Of a DNA stretch of 64,000 bases, positions 38,462 through 47,230 are shown in pieces. The position numbers and the translations under genes were made by a program. The notes below the pieces were generated by a model. It did not search any database, was not told the DNA's origin, and worked only from the letters and a program-made list of their open reading frames with translations. Numbering within the stretch: the stretch's first letter is position 1; every line of letters starts with the position of its first letter. The stretch is taken from the NCBI GenBank assembly GCA_044355655.1, contig JBIKXS010000008.1, positions 23,054 through 87,053 on the forward strand. Direction: 5' to 3'. Origin of the DNA: Burkholderiaceae bacterium (lineage in GTDB: Bacteria; Pseudomonadota; Gammaproteobacteria; Burkholderiales; Burkholderiaceae_E).

Positions 38462-39766
38462 CTACCTCGAAGGCGGCGGAAGCGTTAGCCCAGGCGAACG
38501 CGCGCGCGAAGCGGATTGACCGTCCTGCGTGCTAGCGGGCGGCATTGCACGCGCAGGAGAAGCTGCAGGCGAGGAAACCATTGGCGCGCTCGCCCCACCA
38601 GGTACGGAGGAGCTCTGGCCGCTCGACTGGCCTGCGGCGGCGCCGCCTTGCGGCCCAGCTGGAGAGGCAGCACCAGGTGAACCTGCAGCGTTAGCGGGGG
38701 CTGCACTATCACCGCGCACGCCCTTACCGAGGAAAGAAGCCGCAGGAAACGCTGGCAGGGTGTCAACGATCTTTGGCATGGTTTCTTTGATCGCATTTTT
38801 CGGTGACCCTGGCGTGTTGGGGACCCAGGTTGCACCACCACCCGTTGAAGGAACCGACCCAGCAGGCTGCAATCCGCCCTGATTTTGGGGTTCAGTCTGC
38901 CCGCTTGCTTTCGCTGCGCCACGCGCATTCAGAATGGTAATCGAAATGCGCCTATTCATCGGATCATTGGGATCTTCAGGATTGAGCTTGACCGAATCGG
39001 CAAAGCCAACAACTTGAGAAACCCGCGCGCTTTCAAGGCCACCAGCAATCAACTCCCGGCGTGCTGCATTTGCTCGATCAGAAGACAGCTCCCAATTGGT
39101 ATAACCCGAGGCCGCCCCTGGAAAAGGTTTGCCGTCGGTATGGCCCTCAATCCTTAAGGGCTGGCCGCCACCCGCCAAAACCTTACCAATCACACGCATG
39201 AGCTTTTTGGCGTAATCAGGCATGCCCGCAGAACCGCTCTCAAACATAGGGCGATTTTTCTCGTCAACAATTTGGATCCTCAAACCATCGCTCGTAACAT
39301 CCATGAAGATCTGCTTTTGGTACTCCTCAAGCGATTTGTCGCCAGCGATTTGCGATTCGACATCCGCTCGCATTTCTTCAAGCTGACCCTTTTGCTTCGT
39401 GTTGTACTGCTCGTAGGCCTCGCTTTCCGACATCTTGCGTTGCACGCTGTTGGAATCGGCGCGCTGTTCCTGTCCTGAAGCCTTGGTGACGTTATCGCCA
39501 CCGCCTTTAACGATGCTTCGAGTGTCGCCAGAACCCTGCCCACCATCCATGGCAAGACGCAATGGGTTTTGGAAGTAAGCCGAGATACCTGCCAAATCGC
39601 CTGAGGTTGTTGAGCCAAGCACCCACATCAGCAAAAAGAAGGCCATCATCGCCGTCACGAAGTCTGCGTAGGCGATCTTCCATGCACCACCGTGCCCGCC
39701 GCCAACAACTTTCTTGACGCGCTTGACAACGATTGGTGCTAATTCTTTACCGGGTGCTGAAGCCAT
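38462..39766 (-). CDS. motB: flagellar motor stator protein MotB with a C-terminal low-complexity tail of about 150 aa
   Basis: 434 aa with GGAWKIAYADFVTAMMAFFLLMW (TM plus the conserved Asp) and an OmpA-like domain (IEGHTDGKPF...NWELSSDRANAARR...NRRISI). About 153 aa of G/A/S/P-rich sequence follow. Confidence 0.9.
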   Translation of the reverse strand: MASAPGKELAPIVVKRVKKVVGGGHGGAWKIAYADFVTAMMAFFLLMWVLGSTTSGDLAGISAYFQNPLRLAMDGGQGSGDTRSIVKGGGDNVTKASGQEQRADSNSVQRKMSESEAYEQYNTKQKGQLEEMRADVESQIAGDKSLEEYQKQIFMDVTSDGLRIQIVDEKNRPMFESGSAGMPDYAKKLMRVIGKVLAGGGQPLRIEGHTDGKPFPGAASGYTNWELSSDRANAARRELIAGGLESARVSQVVGFADSVKLNPEDPNDPMNRRISITILNARGAAKASGQTEPQNQGGLQPAGSVPSTGGGATWVPNTPGSPKNAIKETMPKIVDTLPAFPAASFLGKGVRGDSAAPANAAGSPGAASPAGPQGGAAAGQSSGQSSSVPGGASAPMVSSPAASPARAMPPASTQDGQSASRARSPGLTLPPPSR

Positions 39767-39816
39767 GAATATTCCAAAGACAATAAACGCTGAGGCGGCG
39801 CATGCGCCGCCTTAAA

Positions 39817-40677
39817 TTACTTACCCTTGACCTCCTTGGCCTTTTCGTCGAATTCCTTAAAGGTTGGACGCTGGTCAGGGAACATAATTTTGCGGCCAAA
39901 TTCGCAGGCCTGTGGGGGCGTGAACCCGTTCAGACTCGCCAACAATATGGCCTTCACCGCAAACAAGGACTTGATCTCTAATTCGCCGCGTTGCGCCATC
40001 GCAGCTGCCATGGGTGCAACAACCGCGTAGGAAAAAAGAATCCCAAGGAAGGTACCCACAAGCGCTGCACCGATCAACTTACCCAATTCTGCAGGTGGCA
40101 AACCGATCGAACCCATGGTTTGAACCACACCCATCACCGCCGCAACAATCCCGAACGCGGGCAAGCCCTGGGCCATGTTGTCAACCGCGTGCACAGCAAG
40201 GTGTTCGGTCTTCAAAAACTCCTCAAGTTCTTGTTCCATCAAACCTTCGAGCTGAACAAGATTAAGTGAACCACCGAGCATCATCCGCAGGTAGTCGGTG
40301 AGAAACTCAACCAAATGATGGTTTTCAAGGACGGCGGGATATTTCTTGAAAATCTCACTGTTTTCGGGCTCTTCGATGTCAGCTTCGAGCGCCATCAAAC
40401 CATCTTTACGGATCTTGTTGAGCAACTCGAACATCAAGGCGAGCACGTCAAGCAAGAACACCTTGTTGACTTTTGAACCCTTAAATACGGCACCCAAGTC
40501 ATGCATCATCAGCTTGATCGTGCGGCTCGTGTTCGATGAGATCGTTGCACCAATTGCTAATCCGAAAATCGTCAACATCTCGGTCGGCTGCCAAAGCACC
40601 ACGGGATTTCCACCGTGCAGCACATAGCCCGCCAGGGCACAGCCAAAGCCAATGACAATTCCAAGTGGGATGACCAT
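39817..40677 (-). CDS. motA: flagellar motor stator protein MotA
   Basis: 286 aa with four TM segments and the conserved C-terminal GAALVGTFLGILFSY region. An AAGGAAGC Shine-Dalgarno sequence lies before the ATG. Confidence 0.92.
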   Translation of the reverse strand: MVIPLGIVIGFGCALAGYVLHGGNPVVLWQPTEMLTIFGLAIGATISSNTSRTIKLMMHDLGAVFKGSKVNKVFLLDVLALMFELLNKIRKDGLMALEADIEEPENSEIFKKYPAVLENHHLVEFLTDYLRMMLGGSLNLVQLEGLMEQELEEFLKTEHLAVHAVDNMAQGLPAFGIVAAVMGVVQTMGSIGLPPAELGKLIGAALVGTFLGILFSYAVVAPMAAAMAQRGELEIKSLFAVKAILLASLNGFTPPQACEFGRKIMFPDQRPTFKEFDEKAKEVKGK

Positions 40678-40767
40678 GATGCTTCCTTATTCCGTACCGA
40701 ATTAAACCTGTTTATCAAGCTAACAAAACATTGTTGCAGTTTATCAGCCGACGATGCTTCCTATCGA

Positions 40768-41724
40768 TCAACCAAGTCTTTGAAATAAACTCATCGACCC
40801 TATCGTGGCGGTTATTGATTGCGCTGCTTCGAGCAGGGCCTTAGCCTTTTGCACTTCCATCGTCGATTCAGCGAAATCGGTGTCGACTTCATTGGAAAGC
40901 GCCGTTAGTACAGCCAAATTCAAATCCTCAGTCCGCTGAACCGAGCGATCGACACGCGCCTGCGCAGCGCCTACGCTCATCTGCTGCTCTATGAGCTTAT
41001 ATGAAGCCTCCCTGAGCTCAGAACGCCCTGGTGCGAGTCTCTTACCATTTTGGAGGTTTGCAACAAACTCTTGAAGGAAACTGACGGTGGATGGATCTTT
41101 GCTTGAATCCGACCAATCTACTCCAAGTACTAGAGCCTCAACAGCCCTATCAATCTCGTCGTCAGTACTCAACTTACTGCTGTCAGACCAGGGGATCGGA
41201 GTCGCGTTACTGGTTAGCAAATCATTAAGCCCACCTAAATCGCCGATTGAGTTCACGGAAACCGGAATTACACCTGCTGTCCCACCGTCAACGATCACAT
41301 TAAGATCCCGAACGTTGAAGATCCTGTAACCGCTTGAATCTTTCCGAGTCAGTATCTGCTGCAATTCTTCCTGAAGCGCTCGAGCCTGAATACCCAATCC
41401 TTTGAGCTGGTCAACACCCAACGATGCGTTCTGCGTCGTAACATAAAGCTGATGGAGATCATCGAGAATTTTTCCGGCATCTTTTAAGGCAGACTCAGTC
41501 TGCGACATTCTGTTGAAGGCTGCGGCCTGCAATCTTCCGAGCGAATCAAGTTGCGCTTTCGTTGTTCTAAGGTCCACTGCTTTTCCCATGGTTAGCGGGG
41601 AATCAGAAGCTCTGAGTAGCTTAGTACCTGAACTCAATCTCACCTGTTCGTCAGCAAGTGTTCTTGCATGCTTCTGTATCGAAGCAAGCGACTCGTTATA
41701 CCGATTTGCAATCGTAGTTCTCAT
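40768..41724 (-). CDS. flgL: flagellar hook-associated protein 3 (FlgL)
   Basis: 318 aa with flagellin-like N- and C-terminal helices (...RLSSGTKLLRASDSPL... / ...ALLEAAQSITATIGSMSLFQRL). It follows flgK. Confidence 0.8.
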   Translation of the reverse strand: MRTTIANRYNESLASIQKHARTLADEQVRLSSGTKLLRASDSPLTMGKAVDLRTTKAQLDSLGRLQAAAFNRMSQTESALKDAGKILDDLHQLYVTTQNASLGVDQLKGLGIQARALQEELQQILTRKDSSGYRIFNVRDLNVIVDGGTAGVIPVSVNSIGDLGGLNDLLTSNATPIPWSDSSKLSTDDEIDRAVEALVLGVDWSDSSKDPSTVSFLQEFVANLQNGKRLAPGRSELREASYKLIEQQMSVGAAQARVDRSVQRTEDLNLAVLTALSNEVDTDFAESTMEVQKAKALLEAAQSITATIGSMSLFQRLG

Positions 41725-41756
41725 ATTGAATAACCCATTATTTGCTATTCCTCACG

Positions 41757-43268
41757 CTATCTACCCGTCGCGCTAATCAGTGTGTCAAACATACGCATCG
41801 CAGCCTGAATCACAGCACTGTTTGCCTGATAAATCTGTTGGAACTTAAGCAGATCGGTTGCTTCTTGGTCAAGATCAACACCAGAAATCTGCTGGACTTG
41901 CACTTCTAGCGCTTGGTGAACCGCTGTAAATGAAGACTCTTCAGCTCGCCACTTCGACAAGTCACTACTAACGCGTGCCACCCAATCGGACCACTCTCTC
42001 ATTCGTGAGGAACGGCCGCCCGAAACCTCAATGACGAATGACTGGTCGACGGGCGATGTAATCAGCTCTGACTGCGACCACGGCACATCATTTCCAGAAA
42101 TCATTGTCGAAGTTAGTGTAAGGGATGGTCTCTCGGTACGCGTGAGTACAACAAGCTCGCCCCCGCTTTGCCATTTCTCAACGTCGTAACCTCCATCTTC
42201 TGCTACGAACATACCCTCAAAGGGCTTTAGTGTGCCTCCACCATCGACGGACTTTGTGAACCAACTCTGATCATTTTGATCTGCATCCTTTGGCTTGCCA
42301 AAGTCTACAAGCGACAAAGCCATTATGTCCAAACTCTTTAGCCAGTTCTCAGTACCCTCTGCATAACGCATCAAACCACCAAATTGACCACCGACGATCG
42401 AACCTCCGAGCGTGGCAATGAGGCCGGCTTGGCCCTCATTTCGACTACCCTCGCCACGCGGTAAGTACACGTTAATTAACCCTGAGGGAAGAGGCGCTTG
42501 GCTGCCCGATCCCCGATCGAACTGAGGTTTCAAGCGAGCAGCTTGGTTACCTTCCACCAGAGAAAGTCCATCAAAACGTAAGATGGCTTGCCCGCTATCG
42601 GTTGTTTCTACAGTTGCTCCAGTCAAATCAACCAGTTGACCTGTTAGACGATCTCTTTCGTCGAGCAAATCCGCTGAGGGTAATGGCTTACCATAAGCTG
42701 AAGATGCCTGAATCAACTGATTAACTCTTGCCAAAGCATCTGCTTTTTCATTGACTGCATCCACGACTCCGATCATCTGAACAAGAGACTGTCTTCTTGT
42801 CTCTTCAATCGTCGCGGCCAGGCTTCTAATGCGGTCCGTCAACTCTTTCGAGGTAGTGGAAAAGGCTGATCGCGCCGTTCCGGATGCAGGATCTGCCGAG
42901 AGGTCTGAAGCCGCTGTAAAGAACCCATTAAATACGTCGGTTAAGCCAGTTGACTCATCCACGAGCATTTTATCGACAACTTCCGCTGCGATGTTAAGGG
43001 TCGAGGCCTGCTTTACTTTGCCGTGGTTTGTCAAATACTGCATTGACAGCAATGAAGAATAGGATCTCATTACGGAATCGATGATTACCGTTCCGCCTTG
43101 CACAAGCGGATTAGTTGAGGCGGAGGACATCTGGGGATGTACCTCACGGCGATGAAAACCGTCGACAGACGCACCTGAAACGTTTGTCGCAACGTTAGCC
43201 ATGCCTGTCTGAGCAGTTTGCATACCTGCTAATCCCAGGCTATTGATCGTTGAAATTCCTGTTCCCAT
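41757..43268 (-). CDS. flgK: flagellar hook-associated protein 1 (FlgK)
   Basis: 503 aa with the N-terminus INSLGLAGMQTAQTGMANVATNVSGASVDGFHRR and the C-terminus DLDQEATDLLKFQQIYQANSAVIQAAMRMFDTL. Confidence 0.88.
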   Translation of the reverse strand: MGTGISTINSLGLAGMQTAQTGMANVATNVSGASVDGFHRREVHPQMSSASTNPLVQGGTVIIDSVMRSYSSLLSMQYLTNHGKVKQASTLNIAAEVVDKMLVDESTGLTDVFNGFFTAASDLSADPASGTARSAFSTTSKELTDRIRSLAATIEETRRQSLVQMIGVVDAVNEKADALARVNQLIQASSAYGKPLPSADLLDERDRLTGQLVDLTGATVETTDSGQAILRFDGLSLVEGNQAARLKPQFDRGSGSQAPLPSGLINVYLPRGEGSRNEGQAGLIATLGGSIVGGQFGGLMRYAEGTENWLKSLDIMALSLVDFGKPKDADQNDQSWFTKSVDGGGTLKPFEGMFVAEDGGYDVEKWQSGGELVVLTRTERPSLTLTSTMISGNDVPWSQSELITSPVDQSFVIEVSGGRSSRMREWSDWVARVSSDLSKWRAEESSFTAVHQALEVQVQQISGVDLDQEATDLLKFQQIYQANSAVIQAAMRMFDTLISATGR

Positions 43269-43326
43269 GATTCCTTACGCTTGTGTTTTATTTCACCCTA
43301 GGAAACCTAGATTCGAGCGGGAACTC

Positions 43327-43722
43327 TCACCCACTAGTTGATGTAACGGTCGGAACGCTCTGGCTATTAAGGCGCTTGGCACCGGAAGCTGGGATGCCAT
43401 GAGTGAGATCGCGGTCACCTCTGGAAACATAACGAGATGCCTGTGCCTGACTAATTAGAGACTCAACCTGTTTCGTAAGACCCAACCCTCCCGCTTTGAC
43501 CAAGTACCCAGCTAGTGAATCATCAGCTATTTCTCGCCAACCTGACTCCGACTCTTGCTGCTCATTCAACCAGGAGGTTGAACGCGCATTAGACAAGAAT
43601 TGGCGAATCAGCAATGCCTCGAACTGCTGCGCCGCTTGCTTGACGGAACCACTAACTCGATCGGCGCCCTGTTTACTTCCTAGAGCGGCGACCCAAGGAT
43701 CAAAGGATGGAGGAGCGATCAT
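43327..43722 (-). CDS. flgJ: FlgJ-like rod-binding protein (single domain, no muramidase)
   Basis: 131 aa. AAQQFEALLIRQFLSNAR is the rod-binding-domain signature. There is no C-terminal glucosaminidase domain. Confidence 0.75.
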   Translation of the reverse strand: MIAPPSFDPWVAALGSKQGADRVSGSVKQAAQQFEALLIRQFLSNARSTSWLNEQQESESGWREIADDSLAGYLVKAGGLGLTKQVESLISQAQASRYVSRGDRDLTHGIPASGAKRLNSQSVPTVTSTSG

Positions 43723-45005
43723 CAGATCAACTCCAACTCTGCTTTTAGTGCACCAGCCGCTTTCATGGCCTGGAGTATCGCAACCAAGTCCTGGGCATTC
43801 GCGCCGAGCAAATTCAGGGCGCGAACAACCTCTTCGAGTGAGGCACCTTTGGGGAGAGCACCTAACGCGCCGGAGCCTACATTCACGTCAACGTTGGTCC
43901 TCTGAGTTGCAGCTGTTTGCCCTTGGGACAAGGGTGCCGGCTGACTCACTTGAGTATCTCTACTAATTTTCACGGTTAGATTACCGTGGGCAACAGCAAC
44001 CGGGTCGAGCCTAACGCCCTGATTCATGACGACCGAACCGGTCCGGGAGTTAATGATTACTCGCGGCACATCATCCACAACGTCTATCGATAAAGTTTGT
44101 AACTCAGACAGGAACCGCATTCTGCTGAGTTGATCCTGCGGCATTCTGACCTGGATAGTTCTGCCGTCTAAAGGGACAGCCACATTGGGTCCAAACCGTC
44201 TTGAGATTGATTCCACTACTCGTTGCATCTGGCTAAAGTCTGCTCGATGAAGATCGATTTGCAGTACATCATCCTCGATACTTTGAGGCACTGCTCGCTC
44301 GACCATAGCGCCCGAAGGCACCCTACCAACAGACTGATGATTCACAGTCACAGAAGTCCCCCCACCACCTGCACCTGCACCAGGAACGACTACTGAACCT
44401 TGAGCCATCGCGTAAACCTGACCATCGGCTCCTCTTAACGGCGTCATGAGCAACATACCGCCGCGCAAGCTTTTCGCATTACCGACTGATGAGACCGTTA
44501 CATCGAGAGGTTGGCCAGGGCGAGAAAAGGGCGGTAGTGTGGCAGTGACCATCACGGCTGCCGTATTTCTCAACTGAATTCGATCTTCGGGCGGCACCGT
44601 CACACCCAACGCCTGAAGCAGCGATCTCATCGTCTGAAGTGTGAATGGGGTTTGAGTTGTCTGATCGCCAGACCCGTCCAGTCCAACGACCAAACCAAAC
44701 CCAATCAACTGGTTAGTACGGACCCCTGAAACATTGCCAAGCTCCCTCAACTGAGCACCAAATACCGGGTTGGGCATCAAGATTAAGAGAGCAAACGACA
44801 AAATGAGTACTCGATAGGCCGCACATCGCAAGTCTTTCAGCGCCCTGCAAAACTCGCTTGTTGCGGAGGGACCTTGAGACAAACAATATCGATCATCGAA
44901 CACCGGGGCAGCCGCTACCAAGGGCTTAATCGCGAGTTCAGCGCTCGGTGTTAGTTCAAAGCTAGACATTTTGATAAAGCCCTCTCTACGCTCTAAAAAG
45001 GCCAA
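43722..45005 (-). CDS. flgI: flagellar P-ring protein FlgI
   Basis: Coordinates give the maximum ORF. The mature region LRELGNVSGVRTNQLIGFGLVVGLDGSGD... is canonical. The likely true start is the TTG at 44831, giving the signal peptide MRCAAYRVLILSFALLILMPNPVFGA. Confidence 0.88.
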   Translation of the reverse strand: MAFLERREGFIKMSSFELTPSAELAIKPLVAAAPVFDDRYCLSQGPSATSEFCRALKDLRCAAYRVLILSFALLILMPNPVFGAQLRELGNVSGVRTNQLIGFGLVVGLDGSGDQTTQTPFTLQTMRSLLQALGVTVPPEDRIQLRNTAAVMVTATLPPFSRPGQPLDVTVSSVGNAKSLRGGMLLMTPLRGADGQVYAMAQGSVVVPGAGAGGGGTSVTVNHQSVGRVPSGAMVERAVPQSIEDDVLQIDLHRADFSQMQRVVESISRRFGPNVAVPLDGRTIQVRMPQDQLSRMRFLSELQTLSIDVVDDVPRVIINSRTGSVVMNQGVRLDPVAVAHGNLTVKISRDTQVSQPAPLSQGQTAATQRTNVDVNVGSGALGALPKGASLEEVVRALNLLGANAQDLVAILQAMKAAGALKAELELI

Positions 45006-45691
45006 ACTTTCATCAGCCCACGCGTAAGAAACCCAGGACGGGTCGCATCGTCACCAATGCCTCGCCCTCTGTACTCCAAACGTGCATCTGCCACCATGGT
45101 TGACTTCACCGAATTGAGCTTCAAATCCGAGGGGTTGATAATGCCCGAGAAGCGGATGACCTCTTCCTCCGACCCAATTGCAATCTGCTTTTCACCAGAA
45201 ACAACGAGATTGCCATTGCTTAATACCTGGGTGACCATGACCATAATGAAACCGGTAAAGACGTTAGTCGCGCTCGAATCACCTGATCCGATAAAACTGA
45301 GCGAATTTTCGGCTTTCAATTTCGCACCGCTAAGTCCTTTAGCGAGCGGTATTCCATCTGCATCAATAGGCTTCAGTTCGACTTTACCATCGCGTCTTGC
45401 GGAGTTATCCAAACTTCTTGTGGCAGCCGTTCGTTCATTAAACTCGACCTGAAGAATATCGCCCACTGTACGCGCCCGACGGTCCTCAAACAACGGCCTT
45501 GGTACACCTGTTCCCAACGCAGCAGGGAAAAGGCTTCCTGTTGAGGCTGGTGTGGCAGCCAAGGGTTTAGGCCTCACTACCGGAGGTGTTAACTGCAATG
45601 ACTCGGACGATGAGGAGGTGGCGCAACCACCAAGCCAAAAACTAACCAGGCCAAGCATGCCTAAGCCAAACAATGTACGCATACCGGTCAC
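44993..45691 (-). CDS. flgH: flagellar L-ring lipoprotein FlgH
   Basis: 232 aa with the lipobox WLGGC-ATSS and conserved LFEDRRARTVGDILQV and ...ISGEKQIAIGSEEEVIRFSGIINP.... Confidence 0.92.
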   Translation of the reverse strand: MTGMRTLFGLGMLGLVSFWLGGCATSSSSESLQLTPPVVRPKPLAATPASTGSLFPAALGTGVPRPLFEDRRARTVGDILQVEFNERTAATRSLDNSARRDGKVELKPIDADGIPLAKGLSGAKLKAENSLSFIGSGDSSATNVFTGFIMVMVTQVLSNGNLVVSGEKQIAIGSEEEVIRFSGIINPSDLKLNSVKSTMVADARLEYRGRGIGDDATRPGFLTRGLMKVWPF

Positions 45692-45706
45692 CGTTAATTC
45701 AGTTGA

Positions 45707-46483
45707 TTAAACCTGTGCCAAACGCTGCAAGACTTCGTCAGATGCCCTCACTACGCGTGTATTCACGTCATACCCACGCTGGGCCTGGATCATACTAATC
45801 AATTCCTCAGCGACGCTGACGTTAGACTGCTCCACATAACCCTGTTTCAATAGCCCAAGCCCATTAACACCTGGTGCCCCCTGAGTGGGAGCACCTGAGG
45901 CCACACTCTCAACAAATAAGTTGCCACCTATTGCCTCTAAACCGCCAGGATTAATAAAACTTACAATCTGGAGCTGACCAAGTTGCTGCGAAACCCCGTT
46001 AACTTTTGCAGTTATTTGCCCAAATTCTGAAATCGTCACCGATTCAGCGCCTGCAGGCACCGTGATACCAGGGGCGACAACATAACCCGCCATGTTAGCT
46101 ATTTGGCCCTGATTATCCTGGGTAAAGTTACCATCGCGTGTATACGCGATAACACCCGTTGGCAAATTAATCTGGAAATAGCCATTACCGTTAATCGCAA
46201 CGTCCAAACCATTGGACGTTTGCATCAATGCGCCTTGGTTTAAGACACGCGAAGTACCCAAAATTCGAGCACCGCTACCAAATTGCAAACCTGTAGGAGA
46301 CACGCTTTGCTCGGAGCTTTGCGATCCGGGTGCCCTAACTGTTTGGTAAAGCAAGTCCTCAAAATTCGGCTTGACACGCTTGAACGATACAGTTGATGCA
46401 TTGGCTAAGTTATGAGCAATGACATCCAAGTTAGCCTGGTTGACATCCATGCCCGTCTTAGCAACCCAAAGAGATCGAATCAT
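45707..46483 (-). CDS. flgG: flagellar distal rod protein FlgG
   Basis: 258 aa with MIRSLWVAKTGMDVNQANLDVIAHNLANASTVSFKR and the C-terminus EQSNVSVAEELISMIQAQRGYDVNTRVV. Confidence 0.93.
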   Translation of the reverse strand: MIRSLWVAKTGMDVNQANLDVIAHNLANASTVSFKRVKPNFEDLLYQTVRAPGSQSSEQSVSPTGLQFGSGARILGTSRVLNQGALMQTSNGLDVAINGNGYFQINLPTGVIAYTRDGNFTQDNQGQIANMAGYVVAPGITVPAGAESVTISEFGQITAKVNGVSQQLGQLQIVSFINPGGLEAIGGNLFVESVASGAPTQGAPGVNGLGLLKQGYVEQSNVSVAEELISMIQAQRGYDVNTRVVRASDEVLQRLAQV

Positions 46484-46486
46484 TGA

Positions 46487-47230
46487 TTAGCCTCTACTCA
46501 AAGTCATGATCCCATTCGCCGAACGAGCATTAGCATCGGCGTTTTGGATCATTTTCACATTTAAATCGAATAATCGTTGCTGTCCAACCAAGGCAACCAT
46601 GGCAGCAGCAACGCTCACATTAGAACCCTCTACAAAGCCTTGTTTCGCAGAAACAGAGGGATCTGAGGTAAGACCATTCATGTCTGCAGCCTGAAACAAT
46701 CCATCACCTGACCTGCTTAGCGATTTGGGGTCGGGCTTCACTAGCCGGATCCTCCCAAGGATCTGCGGTTGCGGAGAATTCCCGTCGAAAACAACGACCG
46801 TTCCGTCGTCTCCAATTTGGGGCGGTGAACTATTGGGAGGAATGATGATAGGACCTGCCTGACCAAGGACGGCCAACCCACCGGCAGTTATCAGCTCCCC
46901 TGCAGCATTCCGTCCAAAGTTACCCGCCCGCGTCAGCGCCTCTTGACCATCGGGACGCCGAACAACAAAGAAACCGTCACCCTGAATGGCAACATCAAAA
47001 GGATTACCGGTGGAATCAAAGGGACCAGCTTGAAAGTTTGATCCAGGTGTTGTGTCAAGCGCGAACGCCCGAGTATTTGCCCCATCACCACCCATGGGAA
47101 CAGCTCGGAAAGCGGCTATTTGCTCACGAAAGCCGGGGGTGCTGGCATTAGCAAGATTATTTGCGGTGATTGCCATTTGACCGAGCGCAGATCGCGCACC
47201 GGTCATGGCTGCGAAAACAAGGCGGTCCAT
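46487..47230 (-). CDS. flgF: flagellar proximal rod protein FlgF
   Basis: 247 aa with MDRLVFAAMTGA...NNLANASTPGFR and the C-terminus EGSNVSVAAAMVALVGQQRLFDLN. Confidence 0.9.
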   Translation of the reverse strand: MDRLVFAAMTGARSALGQMAITANNLANASTPGFREQIAAFRAVPMGGDGANTRAFALDTTPGSNFQAGPFDSTGNPFDVAIQGDGFFVVRRPDGQEALTRAGNFGRNAAGELITAGGLAVLGQAGPIIIPPNSSPPQIGDDGTVVVFDGNSPQPQILGRIRLVKPDPKSLSRSGDGLFQAADMNGLTSDPSVSAKQGFVEGSNVSVAAAMVALVGQQRLFDLNVKMIQNADANARSANGIMTLSRG

